A stretch of DNA of 61,334 bases from a bacterium (GCA_029006015.1 JAQXFY010000003.1:1-61334), one strand, 5' to 3'; numbered from the stretch's first letter, positions 35,719 to 46,302 are shown. The notes: a model not told the origin generated them from the letters alone. Numbers and translations: made by a program.

Positions 35719-35740
35719 CCGGCGAAGGAGGCGAATACGC

Positions 35741-36385
35741 TTGATACATTTTCGCAAAATTGCAATACCTTTTGTTGCCCTGGGCCTGATGGCCGCGCTG
35801 ACCGCCTGCGGCAAAAAGCCCGTCACCACGCCCATGATTACCCCGAGCGCCCATCCGTCGCCGCAAAACACCATCAGCACCACGCCGCTTCCCATTACAA
35901 CGGTTTCCCCCCTGATGACGGATCCGTTGGTTCCGCCGCTGACCACCGATGTGCCGCAGCATACCAATACGCCGGAGCACTCCCCCGGCAACTCGCCTGC
36001 TGCGCCCATAGGGTCGCCCGTAACCTCGCCTTTGACGACAGCCGGCCTGTCGAGCGGTGAAAGCCAGCGCGTCCAGCGGCTGGCCAATAAGCTGCTGGAT
36101 ATTACCGAGGTGGAAAGCGGGGCCGTCATCGCCACGGATGAAGTGTGCCTGGCCGCCGTCACCTACGGCGAACAGTTTAAAGGCACCATGGCTTCCAACC
36201 TGATCGAGCGCATCAAGCTGGAGCTGCAATCGGTCGAAGGCACGGGCAGCGTAATGGCCGTCACCGCGGAGCCTGCACAGGTGCAGCAGGTTGTGGCGCT
36301 GGCACAAAAGATTGACCAGGGCAACGTTACCCAGTCCATGCTGGACGAATTTGACGCCCTGGTGCGCCAGGTACTTGGCGCATAA
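35741..36385 (+). CDS. YhcN/YlaJ-family sporulation lipoprotein
   Basis: TTG start 9 nt after AAGGAGG. Lipobox LMAALTAC. Pro/Thr-rich linker. C-terminal domain ANKLLDITEVESGAVIATDEVCLAAVTY...VMAVTAEPAQVQQVVALAQKIDQGN...FDALVRQV. Confidence 0.82.
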   Translation: MIHFRKIAIPFVALGLMAALTACGKKPVTTPMITPSAHPSPQNTISTTPLPITTVSPLMTDPLVPPLTTDVPQHTNTPEHSPGNSPAAPIGSPVTSPLTTAGLSSGESQRVQRLANKLLDITEVESGAVIATDEVCLAAVTYGEQFKGTMASNLIERIKLELQSVEGTGSVMAVTAEPAQVQQVVALAQKIDQGNVTQSMLDEFDALVRQVLGA

Positions 36386-36677
36386 AGGCGCAAGCGCCTT
36401 TACATGGGTTATATATCGGCATAAAACCAAACATACGTTACGCGCGCCCCGGCAGAGGGCGCGCCTTTGTTATTTCCCAATATTTCCCATCCCGTTTAAG
36501 CACATGCAGGGCAGCGCCCCCCGATGTCCATCCATGGAAACGCCGCCGTTTCAAGGGAAAGCTGCACGTCAAAGCCGGCCGGAATAAAAGCCCCGGCTGC
36601 CAGCACCGCCCGACAGGCGGCAGCATGCCGGGATCAAAACACAACACCGGCCAACAAGCCCCGCTTTGCCTTTCGCT

Positions 36678-37427
36678 TTATACCTTTTTATATCGGTTAA
36701 TGTGCCACACAAAAAGATGCGCCGGCACGACCGCCCCGCCGCAGTAGGCGCACACCTTTTGCCCCAGCGAGGTTACCGGCGCGCCGCAGCCCGGGCAGCG
36801 CAGGCCCACCCCGCCATCCTGATAGGCCCCCTCCATTTTGGAAACATCCTGTACATACACCCAATCGGTTTCATAACGGGTTTGCACCGGCAAATCCTTG
36901 CGGCCTTCCACCACGCGCTGCCCTTCCATCATATAATGAAAATAGGAAAGCGCGGTCTGCATGCGGATGGTGCATGTGCCGCCCCGTTTGATATAGCGGA
37001 CAATTTCCGTTTGGTAGAAGGTAACATCCCGGTAACACGCCTGCCTGCCCATCGAGCGGGCATGGCTCATTTCCCCGCGCACCTGGTCGATAAGCTGCTG
37101 GGAAGCGCCTTCCAGGCCGGTAACCTCCCCCTGATCCAGCGCGGCAAACACCGATTGCAGCGTCATTTCCGCGTGCCGGCAAAACTCCTCAAAATTAAAG
37201 GTAGGAAAATCCTTCTCGATAAGCGGCAGATAGGTATCCGTCATGGAGCTGACGGATTTGGGCGTGGCGGCCAGCTGCTCCTCGCTGACGGCCATGGCCC
37301 GCATCAGGTTTATCTGGCTTATCCAGCCGCGCACCACACGCCGCACGCGCCCGGCAACCGCCACCCCCGCCAGAACAACGCCCAGCAGCGCGATGCCCGC
37401 GATCAGATACGGCAGCGCTTCCTTCAT
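36678..37427 (-). CDS. Membrane-anchored Tim44-like domain protein with a C-terminal zinc ribbon
   Basis: N-terminal TM helix LPYLIAGIALLGVVLAGVAVAG. C-terminal CPGCGAPVTSLGQKVCAYCG. SD is GAAAGGGGA. Confidence 0.72.
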   Translation of the reverse strand: MKEALPYLIAGIALLGVVLAGVAVAGRVRRVVRGWISQINLMRAMAVSEEQLAATPKSVSSMTDTYLPLIEKDFPTFNFEEFCRHAEMTLQSVFAALDQGEVTGLEGASQQLIDQVRGEMSHARSMGRQACYRDVTFYQTEIVRYIKRGGTCTIRMQTALSYFHYMMEGQRVVEGRKDLPVQTRYETDWVYVQDVSKMEGAYQDGGVGLRCPGCGAPVTSLGQKVCAYCGGAVVPAHLFVWHINRYKKV

Positions 37428-37574
37428 GGCACATTCCCCTTTCCGTCAACCTTATGCCTGCCCAGGCCGCCCGTCCCTATCAAAAAAGGGGGCCTTTTGC
37501 CCCCGTTGCCAATCGATATAACGCCTTTTGCTATTCTCTAAAACGGCAAGCCCCATTTTGCCAATTTGGGCAAC

Positions 37575-38369
37575 TCAGCGGACTGTTTTATCTTCCTGCA
37601 CCATCTCCGGCGCACGGCAGGCATAACCGGCAATGACGCATGCCGCCTGAACACCAAACATGGCAATGGGAAGGGCCAGGATATCAATCCAGGAGCCGCC
37701 CGTATCCGGCAAATCGTTATGGGTAAGCACGCCGTAAATTGTTGGCAGCAGCACCATGCCGCACAGCACCATACCAAGGGCAAACAACGCTGCCAGCGCT
37801 ATGATGCCGCGTGCCTTATTGCGCACGCGGAAAACCAACCACGCTTCCTTTAAACGGGTACAGCCGTTAAGCGCGCCGCCAAAGGGGGGCAGCACGATAC
37901 CCCAGGCCGCAACGGCAGCCAGCAGCAGCACGGCAGGCGCATACCAGGCCGGAAGATCGGCTACATCCCACCCCAGGTAACTGAGCATCAGGTTAACCGG
38001 ATAAATCACCGCCACCAGCGCCGCCCCAGCCAGCAGCACCGACAGGTACACCAACACGGTACCCGGCGACAGCAGACGGTTCCACCACGGCGAAGGGTTG
38101 CCCGTAATGCGCAGCACCGTGCACCACAGCACGGCGGGCATAAACAAATAGATGGCTGGCAGCAGCAGGGAATCGACATTGTACAGCAGCATCCAGCCAA
38201 ACGTCAGTCCCAAAAAGCGGATGATGCCCGGAATAGCTGCAAACAAGGCCAACGCGCCCACTGCACCCGGATGCAAGGCAATAGCGCGCCAGCCCAACCG
38301 CCATGCGGGGTTGGGCTGTGTACGCGCCAGGCGCGCCTGATATCCAGCTTGCCGGTCTGCCCGGGCCAT
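37575..38369 (-). CDS. Polytopic membrane protein, unknown function
   Basis: 264 aa, at least 6 hydrophobic helices. Its ATG is 4 nt after the upstream amidohydrolase stop. Confidence 0.65.
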   Translation of the reverse strand: MARADRQAGYQARLARTQPNPAWRLGWRAIALHPGAVGALALFAAIPGIIRFLGLTFGWMLLYNVDSLLLPAIYLFMPAVLWCTVLRITGNPSPWWNRLLSPGTVLVYLSVLLAGAALVAVIYPVNLMLSYLGWDVADLPAWYAPAVLLLAAVAAWGIVLPPFGGALNGCTRLKEAWLVFRVRNKARGIIALAALFALGMVLCGMVLLPTIYGVLTHNDLPDTGGSWIDILALPIAMFGVQAACVIAGYACRAPEMVQEDKTVR

Positions 38370-38372
38370 GGC

Positions 38373-39482
38373 TTAAGCCTTGAGCGCCGCTTCCACCAGC
38401 GGTCTAAAGCACGGCAGCAGCTTGACGGCGTTTTTATAATACAGTTTTTCCAGCACATCATCCGGCAAGCCCAGGCCATAGATCATCCAATGGCCCTGCT
38501 CAAACTCATCGGCATAGTGGAAATACTCATCCATGGTTTCAAAGCAGCGGTAGTAATAGCGGTGGTAAATGCATTCGCACCCCAACGTATCCGTGCCAAA
38601 CAGCACGCGGTCCGCATGGTCGATCAAGAACTTGCGCGCGGTATACGGCTGGCGCCCAAGCTCCGCCAGGCGGGCGGCGATATCAACATACAGGTTGGGG
38701 TATTTATCGATCATCGCCCCGATGCGCCCCAGGCTTTCGGACAGCGAACCGATGTGGGCAACAACAAACGTGGTCTTGGGGTTTTCGGCGATAAGCTGTT
38801 CCTCAATGGCCATCATTTCCTCGAAGCTGGGCACGCCGGGCCGGCCAAACCACCACGCCGGATGGGTGCACAATTCCTCAATGCGCTCGTTCTTTTCGTC
38901 CATGGGGCGGAAGAACGCCTGCGGATCGGCCACATGGATAAGCACGGGCAGGCCCAACTCGGCGCAGGTATCCCAAACCACCTTAACGCGGGGATCCACC
39001 GGGCTTAAAAGCTCGCCATTCACCTTGACGGTCAGGCCAACTTCTTTATATACCTTAACGCCCGTCATGCCGCGCGCCTGATAGCTGGACAGCGTGCTGC
39101 GCACATATTCCGGGAAATCCTTGTCCCCGGCACGGGAGAAATCCAGCCCGCCAAACACGGCGATGCGGCCATCGCAATGGGAGGCTTCCTCCAGCGCGCG
39201 GTCTAAATCTTCGCCATCGTAACCCACCAGGTTGACCGCAGCCAGCACGCCCACCTTATCCAGTTCCTTAACAAAATCCTGCGTTTTCATGGAACCAAAC
39301 AGCGGGAAGCAATGGGTATGGAAATCGATGAGCGGGAATTTGGGCTTATCCACCGGATGCTCGGGCAGCGTCAGCCCCGTATCGGGCCTGAAGCCTTCCA
39401 GCCGGAGCTGGCGCATGGCATCGATATGGCGCTGGAACTCCTCCGGCACAACCATTCTGGCATTCAACGGATCGCTTTGCAT
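38373..39482 (-). CDS. Amidohydrolase-2 (metal-dependent TIM-barrel hydrolase/decarboxylase) family protein
   Basis: IDFHTHCFP (HxH), VLIHVADP, VVAHIGS, LFGTD are metal-ligand motifs of the family. Confidence 0.8.
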   Translation of the reverse strand: MQSDPLNARMVVPEEFQRHIDAMRQLRLEGFRPDTGLTLPEHPVDKPKFPLIDFHTHCFPLFGSMKTQDFVKELDKVGVLAAVNLVGYDGEDLDRALEEASHCDGRIAVFGGLDFSRAGDKDFPEYVRSTLSSYQARGMTGVKVYKEVGLTVKVNGELLSPVDPRVKVVWDTCAELGLPVLIHVADPQAFFRPMDEKNERIEELCTHPAWWFGRPGVPSFEEMMAIEEQLIAENPKTTFVVAHIGSLSESLGRIGAMIDKYPNLYVDIAARLAELGRQPYTARKFLIDHADRVLFGTDTLGCECIYHRYYYRCFETMDEYFHYADEFEQGHWMIYGLGLPDDVLEKLYYKNAVKLLPCFRPLVEAALKA

Positions 39483-39523
39483 GGTGCGTGCTCCTTCTTT
39501 CTTACGCTATCGGCAAAGGGCAA

Positions 39524-40369
39524 TTACTTGCCGTTGCACAGGTTGATCTTTTGCATGGCCACCGCTTCGGCCGCGGCTTTGGCGGGGGCAAAATATTTGC
39601 GCGGGTCGGTTTCCTTGGCGTCGGCCGCAAAGAAATCGCGCAGGGCGCGGGTAAAGGGAATCTTAAGCTCCGTGGCGATATTGACCTTGGCCACACCCAG
39701 CTGCATGGCATGGCGGACATCCTCATCCGGCACGCCGGAAGCGCCGTGCAGCACCAGCGGCACCTCGACCACCTTGCGGATTTCGGCCAGGCGGGGGAAA
39801 TCCAGCTCCGGCTTGCCCTTGTATTCGCCATGGGCGGTGCCGATAGCCACGGCCAGCGTGTCCACCCCGGCATCGTGCGCGTAGCGGGCAGCCTCCTCCG
39901 GCACGGTGAACAGTGCATTTTTGGCATCCACCGTCAGCTCATCTTCAACGCCGCCGATACGGCCGATCTCGCCCTCGACGCACAGGCCGGCGTCATGGGC
40001 CATCTTGCCGATTTCCTGCACAAAGCGGACGTTATCAGCATACTCCAGTTTAGCAGCATCCACCATAACGGAAGTAAAGCCTTCCTTGATGCATTCGATC
40101 AAAAGCTCGCGGTCGCCGCAGTGATCGGCATGCAGGGCCAGGTCAACAGGGCAATCCTGCGCCATGGCGCGGGCCATGGCCACCAGCGTTTTAACCCCGC
40201 AGGAGCGCAGCGTGCCCGGCGTGCCCTGGATGATAATGGGCGTATTGAGCTTGGTTGCAGCCGATACGACGGCCTGCATGGTTTCCATATTGTGGATGTT
40301 AAACGAGGCTACCGCGCGTCCTTCATCGCGGGCCTGGCGGATAATTTTGAGCGGATTGACAAGTGCCAT
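39524..40369 (-). CDS. Class II ketose-bisphosphate aldolase (fructose/tagatose-1,6-bisphosphate aldolase family)
   Basis: Start reset to ATG 40369 (AAGGGGGAG upstream). ASFNIHNMETMQAVV, LHADHC, EGEIGRIGG, AIGTAHG, LVLHGASG. Confidence 0.88.
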   Translation of the reverse strand: MALVNPLKIIRQARDEGRAVASFNIHNMETMQAVVSAATKLNTPIIIQGTPGTLRSCGVKTLVAMARAMAQDCPVDLALHADHCGDRELLIECIKEGFTSVMVDAAKLEYADNVRFVQEIGKMAHDAGLCVEGEIGRIGGVEDELTVDAKNALFTVPEEAARYAHDAGVDTLAVAIGTAHGEYKGKPELDFPRLAEIRKVVEVPLVLHGASGVPDEDVRHAMQLGVAKVNIATELKIPFTRALRDFFAADAKETDPRKYFAPAKAAAEAVAMQKINLCNGK

Positions 40370-40669
40370 AACATGCTCCCCCTTCAGAATCCATACACCG
40401 GCCTTTGTCCCCAAAACCGGAGTTTGCTTTATTATATCATACTTCTTCTTGCGTTTCACCCCAAAAAGGCGATAAATCGCCATGGAGCACCGATAAAGGC
40501 TATTGAGCCGATCAGCATATAAGCCATGCCGGCCGGGGATATGGCCGTTTTTATTCCGTGGGCGGTGTGCACGGCCTGCCCTATCGCTTTTCCGTGGTTT
40601 TGCGGCATCAATTGAGCATAAAATAAACGCCTGCTATTCGGGTGTTGTTCATAAGACAGTAAAATATGC

Positions 40670-40700
40670 AAAAGGCGTGACGAAAGTAGTCACGCCTTTT
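40670..40700. terminator. Bidirectional intrinsic terminator with no obvious gene to terminate
   Basis: AAAGGCGTGAC-gaaagta-GTCACGCCTTT, flanked by A and T runs. Confidence 0.7.
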
Positions 40701-40765
40701 GCCATAAGGGGATAGCCGCCAAGCAGCGCAAGGGATGCAATCTCTTGTTCGTAACGCAGCGACGC

Positions 40766-40803
40766 AAAACGCCCCGGACATCTGACGGTGCCCGGGGCGT
40801 TTT
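40766..40803. terminator. Bidirectional intrinsic terminator downstream of the AT-rich GNAT gene
   Basis: AAAACGCCCCGG-(14 nt)-CCGGGGCGTTTT. Confidence 0.75.
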
Positions 40804-40884
40804 GCCTTGCAGAGTGCACATATGGGGTTGCCCCGTATAGAAGTGCATCCTTGTGCCTGTTCGACAAACTGGAATTTGCATAAC

Positions 40885-41394
40885 TCAAATAGATTCAGAA
40901 ATGCGCTTTAAGTAGCGTCTTTCAGTGACAAGAAATGTCACCCCTTCTACCTCTTTTTTCACCCGGTTTTCGGATATAATTGTAAACCCTAATTTCTCAA
41001 GAACTCTCACGGATGGATAGTTTTCTGCTGCAACGGTCGCTGTAAAAATTTTGGAACCGCGCTCATTTTCCAGCTTTTTCATTGCCGCCTTTGATGCGGC
41101 AGTCGCAATACCGGCTCCTTGGTGTTGAGAAGAAATCATATAACCAATATCGTATTCCTCTCCTGCTAAATGAAAACAAATATATCCGATCATCTCATCT
41201 GATCCCGTCTGAGTCACAGCATAAATCACATGATTTTGCATCATGTTTTCAAGGAAACTAATCACATGCATTTCATCTGTATGATCGATATGGTCGTATT
41301 TTCCGAACTCAGAAGCATTGAATTCGATAAACATTTTCTGAACTGTAATATAATCTCCTGGACGAATGAGGCGAAGCGCAATGCCGGTTGTCAT
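40885..41394 (-). CDS. GNAT-family N-acetyltransferase in an AT-rich islet
   Basis: 169 aa. HQGAGIATAASKAAMKKLENERGSKIFTATVAAENYPSVRVLEKLGF is the acetyl-CoA binding core. By eye the composition is about 40% GC, against about 60% in the flanks. Confidence 0.85.
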   Translation of the reverse strand: MTTGIALRLIRPGDYITVQKMFIEFNASEFGKYDHIDHTDEMHVISFLENMMQNHVIYAVTQTGSDEMIGYICFHLAGEEYDIGYMISSQHQGAGIATAASKAAMKKLENERGSKIFTATVAAENYPSVRVLEKLGFTIISENRVKKEVEGVTFLVTERRYLKRISESI

Positions 41395-41684
41395 TTTGCT
41401 CCTTCCTTCTGCACAATACTCTTTCCTGCTTATTAATTATCCTGATAAATGTGGATTTGTAGGTCTATTCGGTTTTATATTATCATATGACAGGATAAAA
41501 AACAAGAACAGCCACAGCAGTTCAAACTACTGTGACTGTTAACTATCTTATGAACACCGCACTTTAAGCGGGCGTTTTCGCTGTTTTTCGGCATCTGTTT
41601 CATATCTTACCCGGCAGGCTTATGCCTATCAGGCACGCCGCCCCCGTGGCGGGATATTTCCTCTATTTTATATAAAGGCGCAGG

Positions 41685-41716
41685 CTGCCCGGCTTGGATC
41701 ATGCCAAGCCGGGCAG
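41685..41716 (-). terminator. Intrinsic terminator after clpC
   Basis: 13 bp stem CTGCCCGGCTTGG / CCAAGCCGGGCAG with a 6 nt loop. Confidence 0.75.
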
Positions 41717-41751
41717 GCCATCAATCGGCACAGCACCCGCACAAGGATGGC

Positions 41752-44277
41752 TTACTGGCCGCCTTCCGGTTTATCCGCGCCTTCCGGTTTATCCGTGCCT
41801 TCCGTCTGCGCCTTGGCGGCATCAGGCTTATTCTCTGTATCGTTTGGCTGGGCCACCACAAAGGCCAGCTTGCCGTCTTCCAGCTTGCATCTTACCGTAT
41901 CGCCCAGATGGACGTGGCCGGCCAGCAATTCCTCGCTTAGGGCATCCTCCACCATGCGCTGGATGGTGCGGCGCAGCGGCCGTGCACCATACATCGGGTC
42001 AAAGCCCTGGCCCGCCAGGAACTCGCGCGCATCGGCATCGACCAGCAGCTTGACGCCGTTGTCCTCCAGGCGGTGAATGACGCTATCCACCATCAGATCG
42101 GCGATGCGGCGAATCTGAGCGCTCTCCAGCGGATCAAATACGATGATTTCATCGATGCGGTTTAAAAACTCCGGCCTGAACGTGCGGCGCAGCTCGGCCA
42201 GCAGCGTGGCGCGCATCTTTTCGTTTTCCAACACCGGCGCATGGGCCCCAAAGCCCAGGGATGATTGCTTTTTCAGATCCGCCACCCCGGCATTGGAGGT
42301 CATAATAACAACGGTGTTCCTGAAATCCACCGTGCGGCCCTTGCCATCGGTCAGGCGGCCATCCTCCAGGATTTGCAGCAAGATGTTGAACACATCGGGA
42401 TGGGCTTTTTCGATTTCATCCAGCAGCACCACCGAATAGGGCTTTCTGCGCACCTTTTCGGTCAGCTGGCCGCCCTCCTCAAAGCCGACATATCCAGGGG
42501 GGGAGCCGATCATGCGGGAAACGGTATGGCGCTCCATATACTCGCTCATATCGATGCGGATCAGGGCGTTTTCATCGCCAAACAGCGCTTCTGCCAGCGC
42601 CCGGCTAAGCTCGGTTTTGCCCACACCCGTGGGGCCCAGGAACAGGAAGGAGCCGATGGGGCGCTTGGGGTCCTTAAGGCCGGCGCGCGCCCTGCGAATG
42701 GCACGGGACACGGCGCTGACGGCCTCGTCCTGCCCAATGACGCGGGCATGGAGGGTGTTTTCCAGCTCCAGCAGGCGCTGGCTTTCATCCTGCGTTAAAC
42801 GCTGCACGGGAATACCCGTCCACATGGCCACCACCTGGGCGATCTCCTCCTCCCCAATGGCGGCATCGCCTTCGGCCTGCTGCTTTTCGCGCCAGGCTGC
42901 CTGCACGCGCTCGATTTCCTCGCGCAGGGTGCGCTCGCTATCGCGCAGCTGGGCGGCCCGCTCGAAATTCTGGTTGTTGATGGCTTCTTCTTTTTCCTTA
43001 AGCAGGCTGTCCAGCTTGTCCTCCAGCTGCTTGACATCGGGCGGCGCCGTATGGCGGCGGATGCGCACGCGGGAGGCGGCTTCATCGATCAGATCGATCG
43101 CCTTATCGGGCAGGAAGCGGTCCGGAATATACCGCACGCTCATGGCAACGGCGCTTTGGATAGCCTCGTCCGTGATGCGGATTTTATGGTGGGCCTCGTA
43201 CTTATCGCGCAGGCCCTTTAAAATTTCAACGGCTTCCTCGGGCGAGGGCTCGCCGATGGTGACGGGCTGGAACCTGCGCTCCAGTGCGGCATCGGTTTCG
43301 ATATGCTTGCGGTATTCATCCAGCGTTGTTGCGCCGATGCATTGCAGTTCCCCGCGGGCCAGGGCAGGCTTTAAAATATTGGCCGCATCGAGGGCGCCTT
43401 CGGCAGCGCCTGCGCCGATAATCATATGCAGTTCATCGATAAACAGGATAACATCGCCCGATTGCGCCAACTCCTTGAGCACGCCCTTGAGGCGTTCCTC
43501 AAACTCGCCGCGGTACTTGGCGCCGGCCAGCATGCCGGACAGATCCAGCGTAATAACGCGCTTGCCCTTTAAAAGCTCCGGAATGTTGCCCTCGATGATG
43601 CGCTGGGCCAGGCCCTCGACAACGGCGGTTTTGCCCACGCCGGGCTCGCCGATTAAAACCGGGTTGTTCTTGGTGCGGCGGGAAAGGATCTGCACGATGC
43701 GCTCGATTTCCTGCTGGCGGCCGATAACCGGATCCAGCTTGCCCTGACGGGCCATCTCGGTTAAATCGCGGCCATATTGCTTGAGTACGCCGCCTTCGCC
43801 GCCCTCGCCGGAAGCCTTATCGCCGCCTGCGTTTTCCTTAAGGCCCTGCAAAAGTTCCTGCTGGGCCTGCTGGAAGCTGACGCCCTTATCGGACAGGATG
43901 CGCGCGGCCACGCAATCGGGCTGGGACACGATGGCCAGCAGGATATGTTCCGTGCCGACATATTTATTGCCCAGCTTGGTGGCAATTTCCAGCGCGGCCT
44001 GCAGGATATATTTGGTGCGTGGGGTGGGCTGGAAGTTATCATCAAATTTAAACTCGCCCTTGCCCACCAGTTCCATGGCGGCCTTGCGCAGGCCATCGGC
44101 ATCCAGCCCCCATCCGCGCATGGCGGCGGCGGCGGCGCCCTTACCCTCGCGCATCAGGCCGATCAACAGATGTTCCGAGCCGATATAGTTGTGTCCAAAG
44201 GTACCGCGGGCTTCCTCCTGCGCCAGGTACAGCGCCTTTTGGGCGCCCTCGGTGAAACGGTTTTCAAAACTGGGCAT
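41752..44277 (-). CDS. clpC: ATP-dependent Clp protease ATP-binding subunit ClpC
   Basis: Clp_N repeats, two AAA+ modules ([18 protein letters not shown]), and a UVR motif. Fourth gene of the ctsR operon. Start at the second ATG (44277), by SD spacing. There is a tandem 18 nt repeat at 41761-41796 in the C-terminal tail. Confidence 0.95.
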   Translation of the reverse strand: MPSFENRFTEGAQKALYLAQEEARGTFGHNYIGSEHLLIGLMREGKGAAAAAMRGWGLDADGLRKAAMELVGKGEFKFDDNFQPTPRTKYILQAALEIATKLGNKYVGTEHILLAIVSQPDCVAARILSDKGVSFQQAQQELLQGLKENAGGDKASGEGGEGGVLKQYGRDLTEMARQGKLDPVIGRQQEIERIVQILSRRTKNNPVLIGEPGVGKTAVVEGLAQRIIEGNIPELLKGKRVITLDLSGMLAGAKYRGEFEERLKGVLKELAQSGDVILFIDELHMIIGAGAAEGALDAANILKPALARGELQCIGATTLDEYRKHIETDAALERRFQPVTIGEPSPEEAVEILKGLRDKYEAHHKIRITDEAIQSAVAMSVRYIPDRFLPDKAIDLIDEAASRVRIRRHTAPPDVKQLEDKLDSLLKEKEEAINNQNFERAAQLRDSERTLREEIERVQAAWREKQQAEGDAAIGEEEIAQVVAMWTGIPVQRLTQDESQRLLELENTLHARVIGQDEAVSAVSRAIRRARAGLKDPKRPIGSFLFLGPTGVGKTELSRALAEALFGDENALIRIDMSEYMERHTVSRMIGSPPGYVGFEEGGQLTEKVRRKPYSVVLLDEIEKAHPDVFNILLQILEDGRLTDGKGRTVDFRNTVVIMTSNAGVADLKKQSSLGFGAHAPVLENEKMRATLLAELRRTFRPEFLNRIDEIIVFDPLESAQIRRIADLMVDSVIHRLEDNGVKLLVDADAREFLAGQGFDPMYGARPLRRTIQRMVEDALSEELLAGHVHLGDTVRCKLEDGKLAFVVAQPNDTENKPDAAKAQTEGTDKPEGADKPEGGQ

Positions 44278-44304
44278 ATACATTCACTCCTTTAATGGAT
44301 ATTT

Positions 44305-45321
44305 TTATTTGTGTGCCAGCGCCTCGCGCACGATCTTGGCGCGCAGGGCATCCCTGGCGGTTTCGTCCAGCGGCTTGCCGGCGGTTTTCTGGATGCCTGC
44401 GGCCTGGCAGGTCAGCATCAGGCGGCGCAGGGTATCTTGCTGGGGCGGGGTATACAGCTTCAGATCAGCAGCCAGCATGGCCATGGACAAAAGCTGCATA
44501 AATTCCGCGCTCGACAGCATGCGCGCCTGCTGCAAAATGCCGACCGAACGCATCAGCTGGTCCTCAAAGGCCAGGCCTTTGTTTTCCTTCAGGCTTTGGC
44601 GGGCCTGGCGTTCCAGATCCAGCACTTCATGGCCGGCCTGGCTGAGGGTGGCCAGGATATCCTCCTCCGACAGGCCCAGGGTGACCTGGTTGGATATCTG
44701 GTAAAAATGCCCGGCGGCGGTGGAACCCTCGCCATACAGGCCGCGCACGGTCAGGCCGATCTTGCTCAGCGCCCGCTGCAGCGCCTCGATCTGGCCGGAC
44801 AGCGTCAGCCCGGGCAGATGCATCAAAAGCGAAGCGCGCATGCCGGTGCCCACGTTGGTGGGGCAGGCGGTCAGATAGCCAAGCTTATCATCAAAGGCTA
44901 CCATGCCGGCCGGGCACAGCTTGCCCTCGGGCACGCGGGCCGCCTGATATGCTTTTTCCAGCTGCATGCCGCCCTCAAACGCCTGGATGCGCAGGTGATC
45001 CTCCTCCAGCACCATAACGGATAAATCCTCATCCGGGGAAACGATAAGCGCCGCGCGCTCCGCACTTTCGACCAGCGCGGGCGAGATGACGTGCCGCTCC
45101 ACCAGCGCCTGGCGATCAATGGGGCTAAGGCTGGACAGGGCGACATATTGCAGCTGCGTGTTGTCGCTGCACAAAACCTCCCGCGCCCGGTTGCAGCAGG
45201 CGGCTATTTGGCCATCGTCCATGCGTTGGGGAAAGGGCATGTCGCGCCAGTTGCGCGCCAGGCGTACCCTGCTGGACAGCACAATGCTGTTTTCCGGCGC
45301 ATCCTGTAAAAACCATTTCAT
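44305..45321 (-). CDS. mcsB: Protein arginine kinase McsB
   Basis: ATP:guanido phosphotransferase domain (RVRLARN..., CPTNVGTGMRASLLMHLPGL). Confidence 0.92.
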   Translation of the reverse strand: MKWFLQDAPENSIVLSSRVRLARNWRDMPFPQRMDDGQIAACCNRAREVLCSDNTQLQYVALSSLSPIDRQALVERHVISPALVESAERAALIVSPDEDLSVMVLEEDHLRIQAFEGGMQLEKAYQAARVPEGKLCPAGMVAFDDKLGYLTACPTNVGTGMRASLLMHLPGLTLSGQIEALQRALSKIGLTVRGLYGEGSTAAGHFYQISNQVTLGLSEEDILATLSQAGHEVLDLERQARQSLKENKGLAFEDQLMRSVGILQQARMLSSAEFMQLLSMAMLAADLKLYTPPQQDTLRRLMLTCQAAGIQKTAGKPLDETARDALRAKIVREALAHK

Positions 45322-45323
45322 GC

Positions 45324-45809
45324 TTACCCCTCCTTTTTATCCAGCGCACGGATCTTATCGCGCAGCACCGCGGCTTCTTCATAAGCCTCGCTGGCAATGG
45401 CCTCCGCCAGCTTCTTTTCCAGCTCCGCCCGGGGATCGGACCGGGCAGGCGCCGGCGATACGGTAACTTTGCCATCGCCGGGGCGCGTGCCGGTATGGGC
45501 TGCGGCCCCGTTTTGCGCCCGGCGCACCAGCGGCAAAATCATGGAAGAAAACACCCGGTAGCAATCCGTACAGCCCAGGCGGCCCGTGCGCTTAAATTCA
45601 TCGGCCGTCATGTGGCAGGTGGGGCATGTCAGCGAGGGTACAGGCGGCGTGGAGCTAACCAGGCCGATATTGCCCAGCGCGCTTTGCAGCATCTCGTGCT
45701 GCAATTTGGCTGCGCAGGCCCTGCACAGGTTTAATTCCTCGTGCTTATCGCCGATATGGCGCACCACGTGCACCGTCGCATTGTTGTCACCGCAATGGTC
45801 ACAAATCAT
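45324..45809 (-). CDS. mcsA: McsA (UvrB/UvrC-motif zinc-finger activator of McsB)
   Basis: Start reset to ATG 45809 (GGGAGGGA upstream). CDHCGDNNA...CRAC, CPTCH...CTDCY, and a C-terminal UVR-like EAYEEAAVLRDKIRAL. Confidence 0.88.
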   Translation of the reverse strand: MICDHCGDNNATVHVVRHIGDKHEELNLCRACAAKLQHEMLQSALGNIGLVSSTPPVPSLTCPTCHMTADEFKRTGRLGCTDCYRVFSSMILPLVRRAQNGAAAHTGTRPGDGKVTVSPAPARSDPRAELEKKLAEAIASEAYEEAAVLRDKIRALDKKEG

Positions 45810-46302
45810 CCTGATTCCCTCCCTCTTGTTTTTCGCCCTCCAGGCCAATGAGCTCCAGCAGCATATTTTTGAGCTGACCGGCCCGGAGCGTATCGCGGAT
45901 CTGCTCGGGCAGCGGCAAATCGCCATTCTTAAGCGCCGCCGCCATTAAAACGGCCTCCCGTTTGGTAACAAGGCCGGTATGCGCCAGGTTTTCCAGAATG
46001 TGAAACGCCTGCTGCTGGGAAATCTGGTTGCCTACGCGCTCGGTCAAAAGCTGCATCAGCATATCATCCGGATCCAGGGCAATGCGCACCACGCGCACAT
46101 ACCCGCCGCCCCCGCGGCGGCTGCGGATCAGGTAGCCCCGCTCCGGGGTAAAGCGCGTCATCAATACGTAATTGATCTGAGAGGGCGCGCAGCCGAAGTA
46201 CTGGGCCAGTTCGTTGCGTTTAAGCTCTACATGCCCTTCGCCTCCCTGCAGCATGGCCTGGATAAATTGTTCTATTTGATCGCTTAATGCGGACACATGC
46301 AT
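45799..46302 (-). CDS. ctsR: Class III stress-gene repressor CtsR
   Basis: LSDQIEQFIQAML...VELKRNELAQYFGCAPSQINYVLMTRFTPERGYLIRSRRGGGGYVRV is the canonical CtsR HTH plus glycine-rich loop. The start is ATG 46302 or GTG 46296. Confidence 0.93.
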   Translation of the reverse strand: MHVSALSDQIEQFIQAMLQGGEGHVELKRNELAQYFGCAPSQINYVLMTRFTPERGYLIRSRRGGGGYVRVVRIALDPDDMLMQLLTERVGNQISQQQAFHILENLAHTGLVTKREAVLMAAALKNGDLPLPEQIRDTLRAGQLKNMLLELIGLEGEKQEGGNQDDL

